From an uncultured delta proteobacterium (GTDB taxonomy: Bacteria > Myxococcota_A > Polyangia > Polyangiales > Polyangiaceae), in NCBI GenBank assembly GCA_963716725.1, contig CAVQUB010000001.1:32001-96000 (forward strand): DNA of 64,000 nucleotides. Direction: 5' to 3'. The notes below the pieces were generated by a model. It did not search any database, was not told the DNA's origin, and was given only the letters and a program-made list of their open reading frames with translations. This document shows positions 38,305 to 47,668 of this stretch, piece after piece. The position numbers and the translations under genes are program-made. Each line of letters opens with the position of its first letter. Positions within the stretch are counted from its first letter, which is position 1.

Positions 38305-39537
38305 ATGACCACAGCTCGAGTTCTTCTTCGGATCGCTTACAGACAGGACCTGGGTGCTACTCTGGCCTCCGTGGGGAAGACGCAGTTCGCACTACGGGCG
38401 CGATGGGTGACGCTTTTGGAAGCGCTGTACGCGCCGACGCCCGACGACCGTGAATGGGCCAGCGCGGTCGCGAACGCCGGCGACGCGATCTTCGGCGTGA
38501 CCGGGCGCTGCGGCGTCTGGCTGGTGTCGCATCCAGCGCCGTCGCAATCCGTTCAGATTCAGATCGCGGTCGGCACGGCCGCGGAACACGCGCTCATCTC
38601 CGGGAACCAGCACCTCGGCGTCGAGAACATCCGGCGCTTCTTGTATCCGGCGGGGCTGGTGACGACGCACCAAACGTTGGCGCGTGACATGAACGCCGAA
38701 GTGCGCGAGGCCCTCCGCATCGCGCACGAGAGCTTCGATTCCGTCGATGCGCTGGGGCTGCTGGTGCAGCCGAAGCCGGGTGCGGTGGCGGTCCTGTTCC
38801 ACCTCACTCGCCAGCCCATCGAGCTAACGCCCCAGCAGAAGCGCCTGTTGACCCAAGTGGCGCTGCACTTCGAAGTCGCTTGGCGTCTGCGGCTGAACCC
38901 GGACACCGTGCGCGGCGAGATCCTACCGGACGGACGGATCGCCGATCTGGCGGCAGGACAGGTCGACGCAGCGTCCCTCTCGACGCGGGTGCGCGCGATC
39001 GAGCGTGTTCGTACACGGCGTCACCGGAACGAACTCGACGCCATTGACCTGTGGACGGCGCTCGTGGACGGGCGCTTCAGTCTCGTCGAACGCTCCCAGG
39101 GCGGGCGCCGCCGCTACTGGGTCATCGAGAACCCGTCGGAACGTGTGCCGCTGCGGGCCCTGACGCCCGGCGAGGTCGAGGTGATCGCCCAGGCCGCGCG
39201 GGGACTTTCCGCCAAGCTCATCGCCTACTCGCTGGGGATCTCCGAGTCGGCCGTGTCGTCGCGACTGGCGGACGCGGCGAGCAAGGTTGGGACCGGGACC
39301 CGCACCGAGCTGGTGCGCATCGCTGCGCTCCTCGCCCGCGATCCTCGAGCCGGCTTCGCGCTGGAGCTGACGGACGCCGAGCGCAGCGTGCTTGACTTGG
39401 TGGTCCGGGGGTTGAGCAATCGGGAGATCGCGCATATTCGCAATCGCTCCGCGCGCACCATTGCAAATCAAGTCGCGTCGCTCTTGAGCAAAGCGCAAAG
39501 CCCGTCACGGCGTGCCTTGGCGACCCGACTCCTTTGA
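38305..39537 (+). CDS. Transcriptional regulator with two tandem LuxR-type HTH domains
   Basis: LTPGEVEVIAQAARGLSAKLIAYSLGIS and LTDAERSVLDLVVRGLSNREIA...RSARTIANQ; start uncertain. Confidence 0.85.
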   Translation: MTTARVLLRIAYRQDLGATLASVGKTQFALRARWVTLLEALYAPTPDDREWASAVANAGDAIFGVTGRCGVWLVSHPAPSQSVQIQIAVGTAAEHALISGNQHLGVENIRRFLYPAGLVTTHQTLARDMNAEVREALRIAHESFDSVDALGLLVQPKPGAVAVLFHLTRQPIELTPQQKRLLTQVALHFEVAWRLRLNPDTVRGEILPDGRIADLAAGQVDAASLSTRVRAIERVRTRRHRNELDAIDLWTALVDGRFSLVERSQGGRRRYWVIENPSERVPLRALTPGEVEVIAQAARGLSAKLIAYSLGISESAVSSRLADAASKVGTGTRTELVRIAALLARDPRAGFALELTDAERSVLDLVVRGLSNREIAHIRNRSARTIANQVASLLSKAQSPSRRALATRLL

Positions 39538-39710
39538 TCACCTCGCGCGGCTTCGGCGCGTCAAAACTGCGGGTTCCGAGCGATGAGCCGCGCCCCCGCC
39601 GCTTGCCGCAAGCCCCTCCGCTCCCGCCGCTTGCCGCTCTCGACCTCGAACCGCGACGCGCGTACCCTGAGACCGATGCTATCGCGTGTCGGAATGACAG
39701 CGGCGGGCTA

Positions 39711-40166
39711 ATGGCGTCGGTGGGCGACGAGTCGGAGCAAGGCCAACCTGGGGTCGGGCGGCTGTTCATTATCGGCGCTTTGGCCTGCATCGTCGCCGGC
39801 AGCGTGGGGCTGGGCTACGGGTGCCAGTACACCGGCGGCAAGCGGGCGGCGATTGACGACTACGCCGCCGCGCGCCGGGCTGGTCAGGACACAGCCGCGC
39901 CCCTGTTTGCCGACGACGACACTCGCGCGACCGACGCGTGGGTCGCCAAGAGCACGCGTCACAGCGTCTACAACTATCACTCGCGATTCGTCGGCGGTCA
40001 GTCCCGAGCCTGCTTCAGTACGGTGTTCTTCACGCCGGACGGGCTCCGGTGGATCGACGTTCTGCTGCTCGAAGTTCCGGACGGCTGGCGTGTGGCGTCG
40101 CTGAGTGAAGAGCGCGACTGCGAGTGCAAGCCCAAAACGAATCAGCCCTGCGCCATGGTGCCCTGA
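39711..40166 (+). CDS. Hypothetical single-TM protein
   Basis: One hydrophobic segment and a Cys-containing C-terminus. Confidence 0.55.
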   Translation: MASVGDESEQGQPGVGRLFIIGALACIVAGSVGLGYGCQYTGGKRAAIDDYAAARRAGQDTAAPLFADDDTRATDAWVAKSTRHSVYNYHSRFVGGQSRACFSTVFFTPDGLRWIDVLLLEVPDGWRVASLSEERDCECKPKTNQPCAMVP

Positions 40167-40347
40167 TGACGGACGTCCCGGCCCTGTCGCGTGCTGACTT
40201 CTCTACTGCCGTGCGCTGCTCGATGCGGCCTGCCTTCCCTCGACGAGCCGTGCGCATGACCATGATTCGGCCTGAATTGCGCCGCGACGCCCCGAGCACC
40301 CGAGAAACTAGCGCCCCTCCTGCGGCGTATACTCCAGACGAACTCCC

Positions 40348-40911
40348 ATGCGACCGCCGCGCAACAGCCTCGTCGGGCGTCCAGCGCTCCCGTTCGAGCT
40401 GCACGACTCGCACGGCAGCGTCCATCGTCTGTCCAACTACACCGGCAGGTGGCTCCTGCTGGTCTTCCATCGGCACCTGGCCTGACTTCCGTGCCGGGAG
40501 CATGTGGGGCAGTTGTTCCACGAGAAGCCGATGCTCGACAGCCTCGACATCGCGGTGCTGATCGTTTCGTTCGAGAGCCGCGCTTCGGTGGTTCGCTACG
40601 CATCAGATCCGGGGCTGCCGGGCGCGGTCGTGGCCGACACCCAGCGGGAACTCTTCGCTGGTTACGCCATGGGTCGAGCAAGCGTCTACGACGTCTGGGG
40701 CCCGAAGACGTGGTGGGCCTACGCGCGATCCCTGCTCGGAGGCGCGAAGCTTCGGAGCAGTACGGGTGACACCTCGCAGCGTGGCGGAAACGTGCTGATC
40801 GATCCCGAGGGCATCGTGCAAATGCACCACGTCGGACGAGGCCCGTCAGATCGACCGAGCGTGAGTGCGATTTCGGAGGTCGTACTCGCCGCCACCCAGA
40901 GGGGGCCATGA
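40348..40911 (+). CDS. Selenoprotein, peroxiredoxin-like/SelL-related redoxin (UxxC), 187 aa with UGA readthrough
   Basis: MRPPRNSLVGRPALPFELHDSHGSVHRLSNYTGRWLLLVFHRHLA-TGA(40483-40485)-LPCREHV continues in frame into ORF 40504-40911 (QRGGNVLIDPEG...DRP). Thioredoxin-fold sequence on both sides of the TGA. Confidence 0.88.
40490..40522 (+). promoter_or_regulatory. Candidate bacterial SECIS element
   Basis: GGAGCA (40497-40502) pairs with TGTTCC (40514-40519) around a G-rich apical loop, starting 11 nt after the UGA; CGT/ACG can extend the base. Confidence 0.6.
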
Positions 40912-42254
40912 AACCCCTCACGGTCTGCGTGTTTGCCAAACCTCCTCGAGCCGGCCGCGTGAAGACCCGCCTGATCGCCGGCGTCGGTGAGGGAGGCGCT
41001 GCGCAGCTTGCAGAAGCGTTTCTGCTGGACACGCTGGAGTCGCTGCGGAGGCTGCCCGACGTTCGCGTGATCGTCGCAACCACCGGTGACCTCGGTCTCG
41101 ATGTCGGTCCCGTCGAGGTCTGGGATCAAGGTGGTGGCACTCTCGGCCAGCGACTCGAGCGGGTCCTCGGGCGCGCAATCGGGGGCGGCACCCCAGCTTT
41201 GGCCATCGGCGCCGACACACCAGGGCTGCCGTTGGACCTCGTGACTCGGGCCGGGCTAGCGCTCGAGGCCCACCCGGCAGCCCTGGGCGCCTGCGATGAC
41301 GGCGGCTTTTGGGGCCTCGGGCTGACCTCGATTTCCGATGGGCTGCTCGCGGACATCGATTGGAGCACCGAACGGACCTGCGAACAGACGTGCGCTCGGT
41401 TGGTCGGCGCGGGGCTCGTGCCGCAGCTGCTTCCCGGATGGTTCGATCTGGACACGCCGGGTGATCTCGTGCGCCTCCGCCGGTTGCTCGACCGTCAGGT
41501 CGTGCAGGCGCCACGCACACGCGCCTTGCTCGACTCGTTGCTGCCTGCGCCCGCGATGAAAGTCTCGGTCGTGATCCCCGTCCTCGACGAAGAACGGCGG
41601 ATTGGAAGACTCCTGCGAGACCTGTCACGAACGGACGGGATTTCCGAGATCATCGTGGTGGACGGCGGCAGCCGCGATGGCACTCCCGACATCGTCCGCG
41701 CTTTTCCGGACGCACTGTTGCTGGACAGCACCCCGGGCCGGGGACCCCAACAGAATGCCGGCGCGCGCGTGGCCACCGGCGACGTTCTACTCTTCTTGCA
41801 TGCCGACACTCGCCTTCCGGAGGACGCGATGGCTCACATCCGTTCGGCGCTCGCCGATCCAAGGGTCGTGGCCGGCGCTTTTCGTACTTGGACGGTACGA
41901 GATGAGCCATTCGCCCGGGACGTTGCGCTTCCCGCGGCGCTGCTCCACTTGGCCGACCTGCGTTCGCGCTACACGAGCTTGCCCTACGGCGACCAAGGGA
42001 TCTTCGTGCGGCGCGAGGTGTTCGACCGTGTCGGAGGGTTTCCTCCGCAACCGCTCTTCGAAGATGTCGAGCTGTCACGCAGGCTGCGCCGCCAGGGCCG
42101 CATCGAAACGGTGCGCGCTTCGGTAGAGGTGTCAGGGAGGAGATTCTTCCGCCGCCCGGTCCGAGAGACCCTCCTGGTCAACTTGTTGCCGCTGGCTTAC
42201 CGGCTCGGCGTCTCGCCGACGCGGCTCTCCCGCGTATACCGGAACTTCCGCTGA
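40908..42254 (+). CDS. Fused TIGR04282 (DUF2064) plus TIGR04283 (GT2) arsenosugar-associated glycosyltransferase
   Basis: N-half FAKPPRAGRVKTRL, QGGGTLGQRL, IGADTP, DGGFW, DLDTPGDL. C-half VSVVIPVLDEE, VDGGSRD, GRGPQQNAGA, FLHADT, YGDQGIF, EDVEL, SGRRF. Confidence 0.88.
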   Translation: MKPLTVCVFAKPPRAGRVKTRLIAGVGEGGAAQLAEAFLLDTLESLRRLPDVRVIVATTGDLGLDVGPVEVWDQGGGTLGQRLERVLGRAIGGGTPALAIGADTPGLPLDLVTRAGLALEAHPAALGACDDGGFWGLGLTSISDGLLADIDWSTERTCEQTCARLVGAGLVPQLLPGWFDLDTPGDLVRLRRLLDRQVVQAPRTRALLDSLLPAPAMKVSVVIPVLDEERRIGRLLRDLSRTDGISEIIVVDGGSRDGTPDIVRAFPDALLLDSTPGRGPQQNAGARVATGDVLLFLHADTRLPEDAMAHIRSALADPRVVAGAFRTWTVRDEPFARDVALPAALLHLADLRSRYTSLPYGDQGIFVRREVFDRVGGFPPQPLFEDVELSRRLRRQGRIETVRASVEVSGRRFFRRPVRETLLVNLLPLAYRLGVSPTRLSRVYRNFR

Positions 42255-42261
42255 GGCATGA

Positions 42262-43263
42262 ATGACGATCGCCGAACGCCACCACTTGCCAGTTGCCTCG
42301 CATCGCTTTCCTACGATGCTGCGTGCGCACGGGCGGAAACTGCCGTCGCGCGATGTCGTGACCACCTTGCAGGTCAACGTGGGCAAACGTTGCAATCAAG
42401 CCTGCAGACATTGCCACGTGGACGCTGGTCCGAACCGAAGCGAGAGCATGTCGGCAGAGGTCGCGAATAGGGTGATCCAGCTGTTGGCGGCGAGCCCTAG
42501 CGTCGCCACTCTGGACATTACCGGCGGTGCGCCAGAGCTGAACCCGAGCTTTCGCACCTTGGTCATGAAGGCCCGTGCACGCGGCGTCGAGGTCATCGAC
42601 CGGTGCAACCTCACGGTGCTCTTCGAACCCGAGATGGAAGGGCTTGCAGGGTTCTTGGCGGAGCAAGGCGTGCACGTCGTGGCGAGCCTGCCTTGCTACA
42701 CCGAGGAGAATGTCGATCGGCAGCGCGGTCGCGGCACGTTCGAAAAGAGCGTGCACGCCCTTCGGTTACTCAACTCGCTCGGCTATGCCGCCCGCGATGA
42801 GCTCCGGCTCGACTTGGTCTACAACCCTCTCGGCCCGTCGCTACCGCCACCGCAGGCGCCGCTCGAGCAGGACTACCGCGAGCGCCTCGCCGCGGACTTC
42901 GGCGTCGCGTTTTCCCGACTGCTCACCTTGACGAACATGCCGATCCACCGATTCGCGAACGACCTGGCGCGAACGGGTCGACAAGACGCCTACTGGGCCT
43001 TGCTCGAAGAGAGCTTCAACGCCGCGACGCTGCCGGGGCTGATGTGCCGCTCACTGGTCAGCGTCGACTATCGCGGCCAGCTCTTCGACTGCGATTTCAA
43101 CCAGGTGGTCGGGCTGCGCGCGGGGTCGGGGTCGGACTCGCCCTCGACGATCTGGGAGATCGACTGCCTCGATCAGCTGACTGGCTCGTCGATCGCCGTC
43201 GCCGACCACTGCCTGGGGTGTACCGCCGGGGCGGGTTCGAGCTGTTCGGGTTCACTCGCCTGA
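42262..43263 (+). CDS. arsS: Arsenosugar-biosynthesis radical SAM protein (DUF3641-containing)
   Basis: LQVNVGKRCNQACRHCHVDAGP, DITGGAPELNP, IDRCNLT, ASLPCY, LMCR, DCDFNQ, HCLGCTAGAGSSC. Confidence 0.9.
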   Translation: MTIAERHHLPVASHRFPTMLRAHGRKLPSRDVVTTLQVNVGKRCNQACRHCHVDAGPNRSESMSAEVANRVIQLLAASPSVATLDITGGAPELNPSFRTLVMKARARGVEVIDRCNLTVLFEPEMEGLAGFLAEQGVHVVASLPCYTEENVDRQRGRGTFEKSVHALRLLNSLGYAARDELRLDLVYNPLGPSLPPPQAPLEQDYRERLAADFGVAFSRLLTLTNMPIHRFANDLARTGRQDAYWALLEESFNAATLPGLMCRSLVSVDYRGQLFDCDFNQVVGLRAGSGSDSPSTIWEIDCLDQLTGSSIAVADHCLGCTAGAGSSCSGSLA

Positions 43264-43304
43264 AGATTTCGACGCGCCCGCGACCGAAACTCCGAAGCGA
43301 GGCG

Positions 43305-43517
43305 TCAGCGCCGGCTGGCGCGCCACGCATAGAGCGCGCCGAGAGCCGCAGCCGCCATGATCAGCCATCCCGAGATGAAGATCGGCTCGGACCTGGCGCC
43401 GAGCACGCTGACCAGACCGACGAGCGAAGCGGCGAAGGCCGCGGCGTACCAGGCCCTCGGTGAGGCGGGCCGCGGTGGCGTGAGCCGAAGGCGGCGCCGA
43501 AACTCTCGGTCACTCAT
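43305..43517 (-). CDS. Small two-TM membrane protein (70 aa)
   Basis: MSDREFRRR... with two hydrophobic helices; GAGG RBS and ATGA overlap with the reductase. Confidence 0.65.
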   Translation of the reverse strand: MSDREFRRRLRLTPPRPASPRAWYAAAFAASLVGLVSVLGARSEPIFISGWLIMAAAALGALYAWRASRR

Positions 43518-45670
43518 TGAGACCTCGCGGCGCCTCGGCGCCAAGCGTGGAAGCGTTCCAACCACCCGAGCAGCCTTTCGGGGGCATGCGCCTTCTTCCA
43601 CGCCCCCGCGGCGTAGCGGTTTGCTTCGACGAGGGTCGGATAGATGTGGATCGTCCCGAGCAGTTTGTTCAGCCCGATGCGATGCCGCATCGCGAGCACG
43701 AATTCGGCGATGAGGTCGCCGGCGTGCTCGCCCACGATAGTGACGCCGAGGATGCGATCCTTGCCCGGCACGGTCAGCACCTTGACGAAGCCGTGGGCTT
43801 CTTCGTCAGCGATCGCTCGGTCCAAGTCGTCGATGTCGTAACGGGTCACTTCGTAGGCGATGGCCTTCTCCTGGGCCTCCTGTTCGCTCAGACCGACCCG
43901 CGCCACCTCGGGATCCACGAACGTGGCCCACGGAATGACGGAGTAGTCGGCGCGGAACTTCTTGAGAGGATCGAAGAGCGCGTTGACGGAGGCGTACCAA
44001 GCCTGGTGCGCGGCTGTGTGGGTGAACTGGAACGGGCCAGCGACGTCCCCAGCGGCATAGATGTTCGGGAAGCGCGTCTGGAGAAACTCGTTGACCTCGA
44101 CGGTGCGGGCCACCGGAACGCCCAGCTCCTCGAGACCGTAGCCCTTCACGTTTGCCGCTCGGCCCACGGCTACGAGCATTCGGTCGAACGGGATGCGCAC
44201 CTCGCGACCGGCGTGTTCGGCGACCAACTCGTTCTGTCCCTTCGCGACCTCGACACGCGTCGCGACGTGCTCGACCCGGACATCGATCCCCTCTTGCACG
44301 AAGCGGGCTCGGACGACCTCGGACACCTCGGGATCCTCCCGGGGCAACAGTCGCGGCAGCATCTCGACCTGCGTCACCCTCGACCCGAGGCGTGCGAAGG
44401 CTTGGGTCAGCTCCGAGCCGATGGGGCCTCCTCCGAGCACGACCAGGCGCGGGGGCAGCTCCCGGAGGTCCCACAGGTTGTCCGATGTCAGAACGTCGAT
44501 CTCGTCGAGGCCGGGGATCGGCGGAACGAACGGCCGCGCGCCGGCCGCGATCACGATGGAGCGTGTCGTGAGAGTGCGCTTGCCCGCGGGCAGTGTTACC
44601 TCGACGCTCCAGGGCGTCGTGATTTTGGCGCTGCCTTCGAGCACCTCGACCCCAAGCTCCGTGTACCGCTCGACCGAGTCGTGGGGCTCGATGGCTTTCA
44701 CGACGCGCTGGACGCGATCCATCACTTCACCGAAGTCGACCTCGGCGCTGGCGCTCTTGATGCCAAACTGCTTCGCGCGCGCGATGTGGGACAGGAACTT
44801 GGCGGATCGCAGCAGCGCCTTCGATGGCACGCAGCCCGTGTTCAGACAGTCTCCGCCCATCTTGTGCTTCTCGACGAGCGTGACTTTGGCTCTGAGAACC
44901 GCCGCGATGTACGCGGTCACCAGACCCGCACTCCCCGCGCCGATCACGACCATGTTGCGGTCGAAGCGCTTGGGCTTCTTCCATCCGGAATAGATCCGCC
45001 GCGCCGCGAGCCAGCTCGAGAGTTTCTTGGCGGCGAGGGGCAAGACGCCGAGCAACGCCAGGGAGCCCAACACGCCCGCCGACAGCACGTCTCCAATCGA
45101 CCCGAGCTCGGCCAGGCGCGTCCCCGCGTTCACGAAGACCACCGTGCCAGCGAGCATTCCGGCCTGGCTGACCCAAAAGAAGGTCCGGGTGCGGATCGAC
45201 GTGAGTCCCATCAGCAGGTTCACCACGAAGAAAGGAAACGCCGGCACCAGCCGGAGAGTGAACAAGTAGAACGCACCGTCTCGCTCGATGCCCCGATCGA
45301 CGGCCTCGAGTTGGTTCGCGAAGCGCTCCGCAACCCAGTCGCGGAGCACGAAGCGGGAGATCAAGAAAGCGAGCGTGGCCCCGATAGTCGACGCGATCGA
45401 CACGAGCAACGTACCCCACACGACACCGAACAGCGCTCCAGCACCGAGCGTCATGACCGCGGCCCCGGGGAGCGATAGCGCCGTCACGGCGATGTAGACG
45501 GCGACGAAGAGCGCGCCCGCCCGCACCGGGCTTGCGCTCGCAAGCTCCGCAAGACGAACGCGGTTCGCCTTCAAAACGTCGAAGTCGAGGCTGCGGCCCA
45601 GGTCGAACACGAAAAAGATCGCGACGGCGCAAACCAACGCCAGAGCGATCAGTACCCTCTTGGTGCTCAT
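43514..45670 (-). CDS. TVP38/DedA (VTT) domain fused to class I pyridine nucleotide-disulfide oxidoreductase (MerA/LPD-like)
   Basis: N-terminal SLPGAAVMTLGAGALFG...LRLVPAFPFFVVN; GAGSAG, GGDCLNTGCVPSK redox CxxxxC, GGGPIG, YAAGD, HIYPTLVE. Confidence 0.93.
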   Translation of the reverse strand: MSTKRVLIALALVCAVAIFFVFDLGRSLDFDVLKANRVRLAELASASPVRAGALFVAVYIAVTALSLPGAAVMTLGAGALFGVVWGTLLVSIASTIGATLAFLISRFVLRDWVAERFANQLEAVDRGIERDGAFYLFTLRLVPAFPFFVVNLLMGLTSIRTRTFFWVSQAGMLAGTVVFVNAGTRLAELGSIGDVLSAGVLGSLALLGVLPLAAKKLSSWLAARRIYSGWKKPKRFDRNMVVIGAGSAGLVTAYIAAVLRAKVTLVEKHKMGGDCLNTGCVPSKALLRSAKFLSHIARAKQFGIKSASAEVDFGEVMDRVQRVVKAIEPHDSVERYTELGVEVLEGSAKITTPWSVEVTLPAGKRTLTTRSIVIAAGARPFVPPIPGLDEIDVLTSDNLWDLRELPPRLVVLGGGPIGSELTQAFARLGSRVTQVEMLPRLLPREDPEVSEVVRARFVQEGIDVRVEHVATRVEVAKGQNELVAEHAGREVRIPFDRMLVAVGRAANVKGYGLEELGVPVARTVEVNEFLQTRFPNIYAAGDVAGPFQFTHTAAHQAWYASVNALFDPLKKFRADYSVIPWATFVDPEVARVGLSEQEAQEKAIAYEVTRYDIDDLDRAIADEEAHGFVKVLTVPGKDRILGVTIVGEHAGDLIAEFVLAMRHRIGLNKLLGTIHIYPTLVEANRYAAGAWKKAHAPERLLGWLERFHAWRRGAARSQ

Positions 45671-46316
45671 TCCTTCGACCCCACCGGACTCATACGGCTG
45701 AAACCGAGCGGCCGTTTCGCCTTTTCTGCACGGATGGACAAGCCGGGCGGGTTGGTGTTTGAGTGGCGATGCCCAGCATCAGCGCCACGGAAACCACCAG
45801 CACGACCAGCACCTGTTGCTGTTTGCCCTGTTGCTTCTTGCCCCGGCGCGTCGGGGCGGGGGCAGCTGCGCGTTGGCGCTCGCGGTTCTGGCGTTTCTGG
45901 GCTCCCTGGGACGCCAACGCGGGCGTGGCCGTTGTGATTGGCAATGGGCAGCTCTGGGTTCGGAAAGCGCCCCTCGGCGTCTGGGCCCGAACGGTCGGCT
46001 ACGCCATGCGCGTGCTTGAGAGCACGCGTCCAGCCGCGCGACTTGAACGCCTGGTCGACGCCGCACGCTACGCAAAGCACCGAGCCCCCGCAGCCCACCG
46101 AGCCGCCCGTGTGGCAGACGCGCCCACGCGTTCATGCGACCTCTCAGATGGGAGGTGCGGCTGGATCCTGCATCCCGCTAGGCTGGGGGAGGAGCCATTC
46201 CAACTTGGGGTCGGTCCCGACGGAGTGGAAACTCTACTTCACCCACCCCATCCACTTGGCCCCCGACCGAACCGCGGGGGGCGCGCCCCCAAAGGGGCTG
46301 AAAGCAGAGCTTCGTC

Positions 46317-47483
46317 ATGTACAAGGTCCTCACGGGATTGCTGACCCTGGCGCTCGCGCTCGGGCTAGTCGGCTGTGGCTCGGACTCGGAGGGCAACCCA
46401 GCAGCTGGCGGCGCGGCGGGAGCCGGCGGCACGGGTGGGAGCAGCGGAGCGCTGACGTTTGCCCTCACGCGCGTCGAACTCAACCAGTCCGTTCCCAAGC
46501 CGCTGTTCGACAAGGGGCAGCCGGTGACCAGTACGGTGCCGGCGTTGGCGGACCGGCCCGGCCTGCTGCGGATCTTCTACGACGCCCAAGGCGACGTCAG
46601 CCAGAAGCTCGAGATCACGGTAGCCATCGGCAGCCAGACGGTGACTCAGATGAGGCAGGCCAAAGCGGGCAACTCCCTCGCGGCGGATCTAACCACGACG
46701 CTGAACGTCGATCTGCTTGGCGTCCACCTGCCGGCTGGCGAGCAGCCCTTTTCGGTGGACGTGAAGATCGCGGGCAGCGACGCCACGCTGGCGCGCTTCC
46801 CGGCCACCGGAACTACGCCACTGAAACTCGAAAAGACCGGAACCATGGATCTGGTGCTGCTGTTGTTTCAGTACGACGCAGACGGCTCGGGTCGCACCCC
46901 GAACCTGGACGCCGCCGCCAGGATGAAAATTGGGGCGGCCCAGCAGGCGCTGTTTCCGGTCGCAGCCGTCAACGTCTCGGTGGCGGGGCCGATTCCGTGG
47001 GCCCAAACCGTGAGTGCAACCGGTCAGGGCTGGTCCGGGCTGATGACGGAAGTACAGCAGGCCCGCAGCGCCGCGGCGGTTCCGGACAACACCTTCTACC
47101 TGGGGCTGGTCCAACCCGCGGCGGACCACGAAGCGTGGTGCGCAAACGGCTGCATCCGGTCAATGGCCTCGCAGCCCAAGAACTTCGACCCGGGTTCTCA
47201 ATTCGGAGTCGGCGTCTACGCTCCGGGCGCCGACGTGAACTACTCGTGGGTCCTGGGCAGCGCCCACGGACGCATGACTGCGGGCTGCGCATCGGGCTCC
47301 GCCGACCCCGCCTTTCCTCACAAGAACGGCCAAATTGGCGGTTACGGCTACGACTCCGTCGGCCAGGTGCTTTACCCGTCGACCACCTCCGACTTCATGA
47401 CCGAGTGTGCGACGCCACACTGGGTCAGTGACTACACCTTCACCGCGCTCTACGATCGGTGGCGCTTGATTCTGGGGAGCTAG
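46317..47483 (+). CDS. Lipoprotein resembling M66-like metalloproteases but lacking the zinc motif
   Basis: LVGC lipobox; C-terminal DPAFPH...IGGYGYD...DFM..C...WVSDYTF typical of this family, with WVLGSAHGRMT where HExxHxxGxxH is expected. Confidence 0.7.
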   Translation: MYKVLTGLLTLALALGLVGCGSDSEGNPAAGGAAGAGGTGGSSGALTFALTRVELNQSVPKPLFDKGQPVTSTVPALADRPGLLRIFYDAQGDVSQKLEITVAIGSQTVTQMRQAKAGNSLAADLTTTLNVDLLGVHLPAGEQPFSVDVKIAGSDATLARFPATGTTPLKLEKTGTMDLVLLLFQYDADGSGRTPNLDAAARMKIGAAQQALFPVAAVNVSVAGPIPWAQTVSATGQGWSGLMTEVQQARSAAAVPDNTFYLGLVQPAADHEAWCANGCIRSMASQPKNFDPGSQFGVGVYAPGADVNYSWVLGSAHGRMTAGCASGSADPAFPHKNGQIGGYGYDSVGQVLYPSTTSDFMTECATPHWVSDYTFTALYDRWRLILGS

Positions 47484-47668
47484 CATGGGCCGCCAGGCCC
47501 GCCCCGAGAAACGCTCGGGCGCTCTGGCCCCGTCCGCTACGGTCAGCTTTTTGACGAGCCCAATGCGACCAGAGCCGTTCGCGCGAAAACACGGCGAGAG
47601 GGAAGCCAGCGGCAACGTGACCCATCAGCGACGCCGGGATGCGGGTCGCGAAGAATCGTGCGTGGGGA

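Noticed and set aside
43230..43263. ArsS C-terminus as a second selenocysteine site
   Set aside because: The GSSC codon is TGT, and the TGA at 43261 falls at the normal family end.
43514..45670. Calling the reductase merA or lpdA
   Set aside because: No C-terminal Cys-Cys pair, no mer genes and no 2-oxoacid dehydrogenase context; the VTT fusion indicates a separate subfamily.
46178..46316. Several small hairpins upstream of the lipoprotein as a riboswitch
   Set aside because: Stems are only 4-5 bp and match no aptamer consensus I recognise.
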